A stretch of 64,000 bases of DNA from the human T2T-CHM13v2.0 reference genome, Homo sapiens: NCBI RefSeq assembly GCF_009914755.1, contig NC_060929.1. One strand, given 5' to 3'. Positions 27,035 to 40,005 of this stretch are shown piece after piece. The translations under genes and the position numbers were made by a program. The first letter of the stretch is position 1, and every line of letters begins with the position of its first letter. The notes under the pieces are model-generated. The model made no database searches. It was not told the DNA's origin and saw nothing but the letters and a program-made list of their open reading frames with translations.

Positions 27035-27254
27035 TTAATGGACAAGGTTGGTACATAGTCGCTGTATGTTTGGATATTTACCACCTAGAGAAAGCATGAA
27101 ATCATATATAGTAAAATGTAGAAGAATACACTGAGTCACTCCCTACTAGCTCTTAATGATCTCAGTCAAAGTGCCATCCCACATGAGTGACTCTGAGCAT
27201 GGGAATTTTTTTATGATGGGGAATTTTTCAATTTGTCTATAAGAGCCAAGGTGT

Positions 27255-27692
27255 CTAATACTCACATTCTTTTTGTGTGTGTGATAAATTGAAATGGTAG
27301 TACCAATTCTGGCCTGCTACTCTGACTTCGGGCCTTGTCTTATGACCTGCTTTGTTCATGAGATATTAGTAAACATAACATAACCCAAAATTTGAAAAAA
27401 AAAAAAAAAAAAAAACAGAAGCTCTTGCACTGTTGGTCTTTCCTAAATGTTGTGCCTTTGCTATTGCTGTTCACGCTAGTCTGCTGAAGGATAAGAGGCA
27501 GCTAGAATAAAGGTGAGCTGTCTAGGTTGTCCTAGCCACAGGTAGTCTTACTGGATCAACAGCCATCCTACCCACAGCCAAATTAAGTAGGCTCCCTCAA
27601 CAACCATCCCAGATGCCTGAATAATAAACAGTTTTATTGTATGCCACTGAATTGTTGTGGCTGTTGTTAGAAAGCAATGGAAAATCAATATG
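27255..27692 (+). mobile_element. MLT1I/J-like MaLR LTR remnant with A21 run
   Basis: ccttgtcttatgacctgcttt...gctcttgcac...aataaacagttttattgtatgccactga...gcaatggaaaatcaata. Confidence 0.5.
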
Positions 27693-29439
27693 TATGTGTT
27701 GGAACTGGTCAGCTGTAGCCAGTAAGAGCATGGGAGGTAATATCTGTAATATCTAAATGTCTAACTGGGCAGCATGTATGGACTAGCCACTGTATACTAT
27801 TTGGTTGGAGTTTATGAACTAGTCAGTTTGACAGGTCTTTTTTTCCTTCTTTTATTTTTTCCTGAAATCTCAAAGTAATTTAAAACAGTGAGAGTCTTCT
27901 GAGTTATAATTGTCTGCTTTGTTCAGGATGTCTGAAGGTAGCTTTGGATGACTTATCTAATCATCTTGTTGAAGCTTGTCTGTGTACATCTTCATCTGGC
28001 CAGTTTTTAATAAAGCAGTACACTCATACTGGTCAGCCTACTAAGATTGCTAAATTAATCTGGAGCAGTCAGTGGGTCTGAGATGGCAGTGTTTTTGGAC
28101 TTATGTTACACAGAAGAATCAGTGTTTTGTGGGGGCATCAGTTTGTCCTGGAAAATCAACATGGAAAAAAATCAATCTTTCCAAGGTGACAGGGTTGTGA
28201 GCCATTTCTATATATTTCCCCCAAATCTTGGTTCATTCATTCAATTAATATTTAATAAACACCTTCTATGTAGTAAAAATTGTACCTAGAACAGGAGACA
28301 GCAATGAATAAGACAGCTATAATATCAAGCTTATATTCTTATGAAAGATATTTTGATTCTCTGAGAATTGCGACCCTCGAGTGAGCAGAAATGAGGTTGC
28401 AGATGTTGTTACAATCACATTAGTGTTCTTCAAGATTAGAGGTGGCCCCCTTGAAGGTCCTCATGATAGGGAACCCACCCGTGCCCTTCATCTCTACATG
28501 CAGTTCTTACCTCTGCATCCAAGATGCCCCAAAGGTGGATGTACAAAGTAGGACTAACCGCTGAAGAAATCTGCCTTGTCTTTGAGCTAAGCCACTCAAA
28601 ATCTGTGTATTTATGCTTGTGTCATCTGTCCCCCATGACTCACAATGAACTTAGATCCTCACTTGAGAGATTGTAGAATGCTGTCACTCCAGTTTTCTCT
28701 TGCCAATTCCCTTTGTCTAATGAGGGCTGGATGATGTTGCATATTTCCTGTTGCATATTTGTTAGTCATTAACAATTTGGCTGTCGGTTTTCAGATTGAC
28801 TGAGCTATGTCACTTAAGGTTAAAATGATGATGTGAAAATCATTTGAAGAGTGTCTAAGCAATCATGCCCATCTCAGGTTTGTGACAGGGTTCTAACAAA
28901 TGCATGCATTTAAGGTATAAACTGTCTTGAATTCAGTGAGGATGTTTAAGTGATACATGGATTAGTAGACATGGAGATAAATACACAGGTAAAAATATAA
29001 ATTCTTAATAAGGTTATTTTATAGTGTTATCCAAATTTCTGCTTGTCATTATCTCTCTATTCATAATATTTTTAAATTTTATCTAGGTGTCATTTTTAAG
29101 TAATTGTTGGATGTTTTCTGGAGTCATTTTGTGAAAAACCTACTCATCTGAACCTAAGGACAAATGAAACATTAGTTGAACACAGCTATTACCTGAATCT
29201 CAATGAAGCATCGCTAAAGTGATAAAGAAAAGTAGATACACCAACTGGAAAGTAGATGCATAGTTATAACTTCTTCCTATAAAAATCATACTTTGCCAGA
29301 ATAACTTTTTTACAGTTACAAGCAACAAGAAAAGCAAAAAGCAAAAGGCAAATTTGTTTACCTTTTTTCAAAATATTTTATTTTAAATCTATTAAAATAT
29401 AAAATTCACGGCGCTATGCTACATGTATGTGTATATATA

Positions 29440-29727
29440 TATTTTTTGAGACAGAGTCTCGCTCTATTGCCCAGGCTGGAGTGCAGTGGCATGATCTTGG
29501 CCCACTGCAACCTCCGCCTCCTGGGTGTAAGCTGTTCTCCTGCCTCAACATTCTGAGTAGCTGGAACTACAGGCACCCACCACCATGCCTGGCTAATTCT
29601 TGTATTTTTAGTAGAGACGGGGTTTCGCCATAGTGGCCAGGCTGGTCTCAAACTGCTGACCTTGTGATTCACCTGCCTTGGCCTCCCAAAGTGCTGGGAT
29701 TACAGGTGTGAGCCACCGTGTTCAGTC
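29440..29727 (-). mobile_element. AluS (Sg/Sc-like)
   Basis: Complete antisense Alu; gaccttgtgattc lacks the Sx 2-nt; tail decayed to (TA)n. Confidence 0.93.
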
Positions 29728-29794
29728 TAATAAATATATTTAAGAGTAACATTTTATATCCTCATTTCAGACAGTAAAAAATTGCAGATTTTTT

Positions 29795-30180
29795 CCTTTC
29801 ATTTAATTGATGAAAATTGTGCATATTTATCATGTACAGCATGTTTGTAAAAGTATGTACATTGTGGAATGGCTAAATTGAGCTAATTAACATATGCATT
29901 ACCTCACATATGTATCATTTATTTGTGATGAGAACACTTCAAATCTGCTCTCTTGGTAATTTACGAGTTCAATTCATTGTTATTAACTATAGTCGCCATA
30001 TTGTTAAATAGATCTCTTTAACTTATTTTTTCTATCTAACTGAAATTTTGTTTTATTTGATCAAGATCTCGCAAGCCCATCCCTGTCCCCCAACTTTGGT
30101 AACTACCATTCTGTTCTATACTTCTATGAGTTCAACTTTTTAGATTCCACACATAAATAAGACCATGAAGCAGATGTGTT
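29795..30180 (-). mobile_element. L1MA (MA6-8-like) 3' end
   Basis: tacattgtggaatggctaaattgagctaattaacatatgcattacctcaca...tttagattccaca. Confidence 0.8.
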
Positions 30181-31964
30181 TTCTGGATTAAAAACAAACA
30201 AACAAACAAACAAAAACAAACAAACAAAAACTTTTGCTTGTATTTATTTCTTGCTTTTGATAAAATTATCAACCAAAATTAAATATATGTCCTAAAGAAA
30301 GATGCATGACTGAAGATAAGGAACCAGGTTTTCTTGGGTTGCTTATAATACATCTAAGAAAACATAGTTCACCCCCTTTTCTTTTGTTTAAGTGAGATGC
30401 TATGTGCCAAAAATATCTATAATTTTACCCTCTTAGGAAAAGTTCAGCTATACTTTATGCATTTTTCCTCATTTAACAAATGCCAAACAACATGATGTTG
30501 AAATCTTTCTCAGTAAGAAATTACAGCTGGCATAAGTATAGACTATATATGTCTTGGTATTTGAATTTTGTTCACTTTATGTTATCTTCTTTCTATTTTT
30601 TAGGTTTCAATTCTATAAATGCCTGGTAATTCCACGTGTGAAATGCACAAAAAATATGTATCTTGTGTCTGTTCATATATCCTGTGATAACCTGAAGTCT
30701 TTATTCTCTCTTATTAAAAATGTTAGTATAAATATAATTGTAATTAGAAACCATTTTACTCACTAAATTATACTTCTATGCAAAAGATTGCCATATATGT
30801 ACTTTTCCTAATTTCTATTGACCTAAGGAATTAAATAATAATTGAGATATGATTTACATTTCTTGATGTGATTTTGGTAAAGGCTGTATTTTAGAGTCAT
30901 AGTCTTTCCACAAAGCCAGGATTTGGTCTTGCTTCCTGCATCTGTCTGGTGTCTTTTCATTGTAAGCAGCAGAATACCAACATAACTAGCTGGAGGAGCT
31001 GAAAGAATAATGGTATTTTCTGGGCCTATTTAGTGTGCGTTGTTGGATGAATAGAGTCATTCTCAGATTGCCAATAAATATTTTGAAACAGGAATAACCA
31101 AGATAGAAATATTAAAAAGAATTGCTGCATATGATCATTGTGCAGTGCACGTCACTGTTAAACTCACCCCTCTTTAAATTCTATTTCCATTTCATTCATA
31201 ATATTATATTTTGTCAGTATTCCTTCTAACTTTTTTGCCATCTTAATTGACCTCATTTGTCCCCTTTACTCTGCTTTTGGTTCGTTTCTCCTTTCAATCT
31301 AATGTACTTGTAGAGTAATGTAATTTGTGTCCCACCTATATAGTGATAACCATTCATAAATGTTTAGATCCTTGAGAGAAGAAAATATTTTCTGGTATCA
31401 AAACTGAATTATATTAATTGCTCAATAACATTTGTTAAGTTGAACTAAGGGAATTTGAAATATAACTTGCAAACTTTTTTCTCTTCTTCAGACTCATACA
31501 TTGAACTTTGTTGCATGCATATCTATAAATGCTTAACAGACATTTCACTCTCATTTATCCCAAAACATCTATCCCATTTTTCAATTCACACTCCAAACCC
31601 ATTACGCTTGCATTTCCTCTCAGTTAAATTTAATGTCATCTACACAACCATCCTTCATCTCTTACTTACTTTATGCACCCGATCAAGTATCGATTCATGG
31701 AAATTCTCATTTCTGTATCTCAAATCCATCCCCCTTTCCACTCACTTCTACATCTGTCATAAGCCGGACCCTGGCAGAATTCACATGCAATTATCTCTAA
31801 ATGGTCTCCCAGCCTCTAGTTCTAAATCATCTCAAAATTCTGCAGTAGAAGATTTTCAGACCTTTAGCAAATACCTTACTGTTTTATGCCTACTTAAATT
31901 TTTTTAATGGCTCACTGAAATAATTAGAGTAAGTGGAAAATGGTTTTATACAGTTCTCCATGAT

Positions 31965-32210
31965 CTGTTTAGCAAAACACTGTGTTGCCCTGGGGTCAAA
32001 TTGCCTGGGTTCTTAATCCATCCTCTATGTCATTAGCTTTGTGAAGTTATGTAAGTTATTTGACTATTCTGAGCCTTGATTTCCCCATCTGTAAAATTGA
32101 TATGACAATAGAACCATCCCACAGAGTTGTTTTCAGGATTAATGAATGATCCATGTAAAGTGCTTAGAAGAATATGAATCACAATAAATCACTGAATAAG
32201 TGTTAGCTCT
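31965..32210 (+). mobile_element. MIR SINE (within L2 remnants)
   Basis: MIR core ctgagccttgatttccccatctgtaaaattg...atgtaaagtgcttagaa. Confidence 0.75.
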
Positions 32211-34463
32211 TCTAATTTTCCCTTTTTGATTAGGTAAACTTTTTGGCCTTTTTTTTTACTCATCCTTAAAAGCTCAAGTATTTGAAGAATCACTTTGACA
32301 AAGACTGAAATAATTTATATTTATCTGTTATAATGTATGTAACATTATATAAAAACAATCTCTTTAAGCATCTGTCTTCCCCATTGGAGAAGCAAGAAAT
32401 ATGTCCACCTAATCTCTATGTCTCTCACACCCAGAATAGTGCCTAGTAAATTGTAGCTTTCCATTTAATGCCTCCTGAACAGAACTAAAACGATTCTATA
32501 TTTCTCAGCCCTCAACAGCTTGAAAATAAAAATAGACCGTTATAAGTGTCGCAAGCATTTTGAAGTTCTGTGCTCACTTACTCTTCAAAAGTTTTGGCCT
32601 CTTTCAAATCATTTTGAAATAGAGGATATTACCGTTTGCTCTGAAAATTGTTCATTATAGATACTTTATGGCATGTCTACTTTCCTCCATCCATCTGTAC
32701 TATTATCTGGTGACATTTTCAGTCACCACAGTTACCCCTACAGCAGCTATGGTGCTGAAACCAGTATTGCTGCAGATAAATTATGGAATCCACATTGAGA
32801 TTTTTTAATGTTTAATAGGGAGAGTACTAATCTTTTTCCCCCAAAAGTGGTAGTAGTTGATCTGCTTGCTTTTTCAAGGAAATAACACTGATAAGAGCTG
32901 ACTGATATTTGTGCTTCCTTGACATACGGCTGTAATTAGCTGTTCACTGATATCAACAGAGCTGATGTATGTATCAAAATACTTATGTCCCATTTCTATT
33001 CAAGCCATTGCCAATGCTACTGGTGATACTTTGAACTCATGATGCCACAGAAATGCTAAGAAATTTTCTTTCACTGCTGTGTGTTTTTGTGTGTGTCTAA
33101 TTGCAACTTGCGTGCCATTTAACCACATTATGAATTATTGGGGATGGAGCAGAAAGTAAAAGAGTGACACAAAGCAATGATGTGAAAATATTTATACCTT
33201 CTCCTAATATCTGGCCTTTGTTCTTTGAAAGAAACTGGAATATTTTACCATAAGTCTTCATAGTCTTTGTGCAAACACAGTATTTTTGGATCAACTCTCC
33301 TTTCACTCAGGTGCCTATTGTGTCTCAGGAAAATTAAGACTTTTTCTCAGAGGAGAGGCATTAATAAATAACAGATCATGGGTAAGCAAAGCTTGGATAC
33401 AAAGCTCAATAATTAGCTACAAGTGGAATAATAGGAAATGAGTCATGTGCTTATTGTACAAATTCTAAGCACATACCATAGTCTTTAGCAGTTTGTGAAA
33501 CACAAGAAAAGCAGAAAACAGTATCTATAATGAATCATCTTATAACATGTTTGGGAAAAAAAGTATAAGGTATGTATTTCATAATTTAACATTGCTTATC
33601 ATAAGTAATAAACTAGTGATGGAGGCAGTCAGTGGTACAGAGTTTGTGAAGGAGAACCTTTCTGAAGAGCATATAAAAGTGATAGAAGGTTGTGTCATAT
33701 GTTGCGTTCATAAATCCAGGAAAAAGAAAAACATAGTGAGGTTATATTGGGCCTATTAATTAATGCTATTTTATTTTGAGCAGTGAAATACATTGTCAAA
33801 GTAGAATCCCAATTATTATCAATCAGAAACACCCATATTTGGACTGAAGGGAGAAAAATTATCTGTATTTTCAAATAAATATGCATATTTCTGGTTAACA
33901 ATCATATCACCCTAAATATTGGAAGAAAAAGGTCAGAATAAGTTAAAATGCCAAAATTGTTTTTGGTATAACAATTTTCACACATATTCACATATATTTT
34001 AACAGGAAGTGTTTTTAATTCATTCTAACCCTATGAGATTTTCATTTGCAAATAAATTTGAGTCCTTTCAGCCTTGACTTAAATTGTGTATATAATAGCT
34101 CTCTGCAACGTAGAATAAAAGGCTTTTAAAAGGTTTAGAACATTTTGAGATAGAAAACAGTTCATGCAAAACATTGCGATGAGATAAATATAAAGAATGC
34201 GAAACCATATGGATTAATTTTCCTTTTAAATACAAATAGAATATGACACTATGAGAAAAGTCACTTGGAAGAAGAGAAGTGGATCACAGAGTATGAAAAA
34301 GTTTTTTGAAATATTGTTTATATATTACTTTTAATAACATAACTGAAATAAACTTACTTTAACATGTATTTTGTTTTAATGTATATTCATCACAATAAAA
34401 TGATCATTTCTTTTTATGACATAAATCATGTTTCTTAAATAGTTTCAATTTATTCTGCACACT

Positions 34464-34795
<332 letters not shown>

Positions 34796-35032
34796 CAAAC
34801 TTTTAAATATTGTCTACAGTTGGCATAATCCTCAGACCACAAGCTTTGCTCGTGTTCTCTCTATGTAAATAGAGAAGAAAAAGTGAAAATAAAATAGCTT
34901 GAACACATACAGGATTCAACATGCTAAGATGGTTCCTTGGTAATAAAGACATAGGCAAAGATCCTCCCACCTTGCTCTGCTGAATGATACTTTTGTTTTT
35001 AATACTTCCCCATCACTTCTTTAAAATATGTC

Positions 35033-35437
35033 TGATATGGTTTGGATCTGTGTCCTCACCCGCATCGCAGTTGTTATTCTCAATGTTGGAAGTGGGGCCT
35101 GGTGGGAGGAGATTGGATTATGCGGGCAGTTTCTCAGGAATGCTTTAGCACCATCTTCCTTGGTACTGTCGTTGTGATAGTGAGTTCTCATGAGATCTGG
35201 TTGTTTAAAAGTGTATCTCACCTCTCTGTCTTGCTCCTGCTCCCATCATGTGAGATGCCTCATTCCTTCTTTGCCTGACGCTATGACTGGAAGCTTCCTG
35301 AGGCTTCCCCAGAAGCAGAAGCTGCTATACTTCCTGTACAGTCTACAGAAGCATGAGCCAATTAAAGCTCTTTTCTTTATAAACTACCAGGTCTCAGGTA
35401 TTTCTTTATAGCAATGCGAGAACAAGGGACTAATACA
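35033..35437 (+). mobile_element. MSTA MaLR solo LTR
   Basis: tgatatggtttggatctgtgtcc...ggactaataca; perfect 5-bp TSD ATGTC at 35028-35032 and 35438-35442. Confidence 0.92.
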
Positions 35438-35604
35438 ATGTCCCTTCCCACCAATATTAAATATACTCAAGTTTCTTTGATATTAGAGAAGAGGGATCCT
35501 CCACAAATCAGATGTACTACTCAGCTGTATGCAAACCGCTTTACCTATCTTCCCTCTTCCCCATCCCCCACAAACAAATATCCTTAAAAGATGTACAAAA
35601 CTCG

Positions 35605-35712
35605 AGGGGGCGGAGCCCGCTGCCGAGGGCAGGGCAGGGTGGGGCGGGGCGGGGATCAAGCAGGGGCAGGGCTGGCGCTGCGGCCGGAGATGCTGTTGGG
35701 CCGCGACAGCGC
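35605..35712 (+). promoter_or_regulatory. GC-rich retrocopied leader with GC boxes and a G4 motif
   Basis: GGGGCGGGGC at 35641-35650; 12 CpGs in ~110 bp. Regulatory activity is not shown. Confidence 0.4.
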
Positions 35713-37735
35713 TTGGCAGCCAGGAGCTCTGCACTGAAGGCACTGGGGTAAAGTGAATGCCGAAGACAGAAGATTTGGATGATACACCACTGAATTTCTT
35801 TGTTTGGAGTACACGTTATGAACCCTTTCTGGAGCATGTCTACAAGCTCTGTACACAAACGATCTGAAGGTGAAGAGAAGACATTAACAGGGGACGTGAA
35901 AACCAGTCCTCCACGAACTGCACCAAAGAAACAGCTGCCTTCTATTCCCAAAAATGCTTTGCCCATAACTAAGCCTACATCTCCTGCCCCAGCAGCACAG
36001 TCAACAAATGGCACGCATGCGTCCTATGGACCCTTCTACCTGGAATACTCTCTTCTTGCAGAATTTACCTTGGTTGTGAAGCAGAAGCTACCAGGCGTCT
36101 ATGTGCAGCCATCTTATCGCTCTGCATTAATGTGGTTTGGAGTAATATTCATACAGCATGGACTTTACCAAGATGGCGTATTTAAGTTTACAGTTTACAT
36201 CCCTGATAACTATCCAGATGGTGACTGTCCACGCTTGGTGTTCGATATTCCTGTCTTTCACCCGCTAGTTGATCCCACCTCAGGTGAGCTGGACGTGAAG
36301 AGAGCATTTGCAAAATGGAGGCGGAACCATAATCATATTTGGTAGGTATTAATGTATGCAAGGAGAGTTTTCTACAAGATTGATACAGCAAGCCCCCTGA
36401 ACCCAGAGGCTGCAGTACTGTATGAAAAAGATATTCAGCTTTTTAAAAGTAAAGTTGTTGACAGTGTTAAGGTGTGCACTGCTCGTTTGACCAACCTAAA
36501 ATAGAAGACCTCTATGCAATTAGCTTTTCTCCATGGAATCCTTCTGTACATGATGAAGCCAGAGTAAAAATGCTGACTCAGAAAAAGAAGCCTGAAGAAC
36601 AACACAATAAAAGTGTTCATGTTGCTGGCCTGTCATGGGTAAAGTCTGGCTCAGTATAGCCTTTCAGTAAAGAAGAGAAAACAGTGGCGACTTAAGAGAT
36701 GGTGAATCTGGTGCACTATGCACTTTCCTGCTGGACTCTGGCCTAGTTCAAGCTGACCAATGGCAGAGGACTGCCTTAAGAGTAAAACTGTGTGAACAAT
36801 GACTGACTGCCAGTGTTTTCCATGTATGCATAGGTTCTAACAGCAGGGTTTGGAAACCTGTCTCTAAGTAATGCATTACTTCGGTCAGAAGTGTCTTAGG
36901 GTGGTTATCTAGTTCAGTACTCCAAGTTATTGGGGACCTTGAGGCTTAAGTATTTTTCTGAATATAATGCTAAAGGTAAGTTGCATTCATTTAAACTAAT
37001 AGAGCAGACAGAATTCAGCACTACTTAATAGTTTATAAATCAGTGGTTTCAGTTGTATATATGTTAGGAAATGGAGAGGTATAGAGAGAGCAGGTCCATA
37101 GCTCAGCACTTTTAAGTGGAAGATCATTTGAATCTCAGTCTTCAGCCTGCAATGATTTGTAGCCCGCACTGTCTTACTGATTTACAAACTGAAATCACTG
37201 AGAAATGTCTTTAGTTGAGTGAGAAGAAACCAGAACACTTGTTCCTAGTGTTGTATTGTTTTTTTAAGCAAATTACTTACTGTATTTTTATGGCAGGAGG
37301 GAGAAAAAGTGTTACAACGGTTTCTAATGAAGTCCGGTATTTAAATGATAAATGACTAATGTGTTTAGTAGAGACAAAATAAACCAATAAATGATTGTTC
37401 TTTGCCATTTATGCAGGAAACTACCCTTTTCTCAACATAAACAAACAAAGGCTAATTTAGAAATGCTTTATTGAAAAATACACTTATCTTCATATAAAAT
37501 TACAGTAGCAGTATCTTGAGAGGTTTTGTAAGTATTTTTGCAGAACACTATTCTAATTGAACAGTATAAGTTCCATATTTCTCTCAGAGCAATATGAAAT
37601 TACCTAGTAACTTTGTTTATACTGATTCAATTTACAATTGAATTTTCTCCCTAATAAGATTATTAATTTGACTTGAAAACTGCTGGAACAATAGTGATTA
37701 ATAAAGATATGTATAGATAATTCAAAAAAAAAAAA
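35605..37735 (+). pseudogene. AKTIP: Processed pseudogene of AKTIP (AKT-interacting protein, FTS/Ft1; UEV-domain FHF subunit)
   Basis: ATG 35818 gives [12 protein letters not shown]...[14 protein letters not shown]...VFHPLVDP...RNHNHIW; intronless; TAG at 36343-36345; 4-bp deletion near 36486; TAG at 36657-36659; ancestral stop TAA 36693-36695; ~1-kb 3' UTR; AATAAA 37700-37705; A12 at 37724-37735; TSD AAAACTCG at 35597-35604 and 37732-37739. Confidence 0.97.
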
Positions 37736-39606
37736 CTCGTCACCTACACTTTCTTCTTATTCCACTGCAGTCTCACTTCTGCCCCACAATCTTCTCCTAA
37801 ATTTAAGTTTACACAGATTTTCAATGACAAGTCCCTTACTGGATACTCTAATTCTGAAGATACTTTCATCAGCATCCCCTACGTAATGATATTCCTTAGG
37901 TTTTGGTTCTAAACTCTCTTCTGTACTCTGCTGTATTCTCCACCATAATCTCATCCACTTTCACATCTTCAAAAATCATCTGTGTAATATGACTTATAAA
38001 TCAGTGCTTTCTGAGTAGAATTTGTTCTTGAGATTTTCCCATATCCAACTCATAATTAACATATACATTTTAGCTATCGTCAGGTGCATCTTGAAATAAA
38101 ACTTATTAAAACTAAATTTTGATTTCCCCATCCAGACAAGTAAGCATTGGATGCATATATTATTTATAACATTTTGTAACCCAATACCTAGCATTGAATC
38201 TGATACATAACTTTAACTTAAAAGCTATTTGTTATAAACCTTTATTTTCCTTCACAATCTAACATTTTATCAAATACCTGTACTTGAAGCTATGTAGTAA
38301 CCTAAAGCCTTACCTTCAGTTTTAACTTACTATAGCCAATTGTAGAAAGTATACTCTGAATGATTTTGAATAAAATTTGAAGACATTTGGTCAATATGTG
38401 TTTGTTAGTTGTTGCTTTAAAGAAGTCTACAGAATATAATCGAATCTATAGTCATAAACATTAATGGAAATATAGTGTAAAGCAAATATTTCATTGTTCA
38501 TGTACATTACTTCATTGATTTTGCTTTCAAGAGAAATGTTTTAATTCAAAACATTTATATATATGAAATATATAATAACTATTTTATTCTGCCATTGTTC
38601 AATATAAAATCCTGGATTGTAGACTAATTTTAAAATTTTATTATTAAGGTTTAAATTATATATAAAGCATGGTATCCCTCTGATACATACAGTTGGCTAA
38701 AATTTGTCATAGTAGACTTTTCTAATGGTACCAAAATATGGTAGCTAGCATAGGGGATCTCACCTTAGCATTTTGTCAAGTCATTTAAAATGTATGGTGA
38801 TACAATTATAACAAATAATAAGCCAAGTCTACTAATCCCATAGTCTTACAAAGACAAATGAATGCAACATTTTAAACTAAAATTATCATATCAGTAATAT
38901 TTGAACCTGTGCTTCCTCTGGCTTTAAACAGCAGTTTTACTTAGCATTTGTTTAGTTGTGTTTAGACAAATTTTGAGAAAATACTTGTATTTCTATGTTA
39001 ACATACAAGTTGATAAAGTATACATTATATCAAGTGGATTAAAACAGACTTTCTATGAAAATATTATGATACATTTTTCTATATTTTCATTATATTTGAC
39101 AGTTATCATCAGCAAAATATTTTGACTGAATTTAAGAACAAGTTCCATTTAAAAGTTTTGAGATAATTGAGACAACTCTTTGATGTCTGATTTTCTATCT
39201 TTCCACAAAGCTAGTATTCATGATTACATATATATATGTTGATAATAGATTAGGTTTTCTTATATAACTTCTTATAGGATAGTTGTACAATGTATGCACT
39301 CTAAGCTTTTTTCAGTGACTTGTATACAGCAGTTTCTTTTGAAGCCACTAGTAATAGCTTCCTTTTTTGCCTTGAATTCTGACAGTATTTAATATTAATA
39401 ATTTTCAAGCAATTTAGTGGTTAACTAATTCAGAAAATTATTTTAAATATCTTTTTTTCAAAACAAATCTATTGTAAGCTTAGTTATATTTTAATTTGGA
39501 CTATTTATTATGCTATACTTTTTGAATTAGATAACTAAAATGTTGGGCACCTGTTTGGTTGGACACTTTGCTTAAACAAAGGTGGAAGTGAATATGAAAG
39601 AATTAG

Positions 39607-40005
<399 letters not shown>

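Noticed and set aside
27395-27415. A21 run as a solo poly(A) retro-insertion
   Set aside because: No TSD is visible; it is more simply an expansion of a short A-run in an MLT1 LTR.
31455-31907. 150-aa ORF
   Set aside because: It has a non-ATG start, lies in degraded L2-like sequence and has no recognisable domain.
32740-32760. REST/RE1 site (TTCAGCACC on the minus strand)
   Set aside because: Only the left half-site is present; the GGACAG half is missing.
35541-36014. 157-aa antisense ORF and other overlapping ORFs at 35483-35856
   Set aside because: These are shadow frames of the GC-rich AKTIP retrocopy with no independent similarity.
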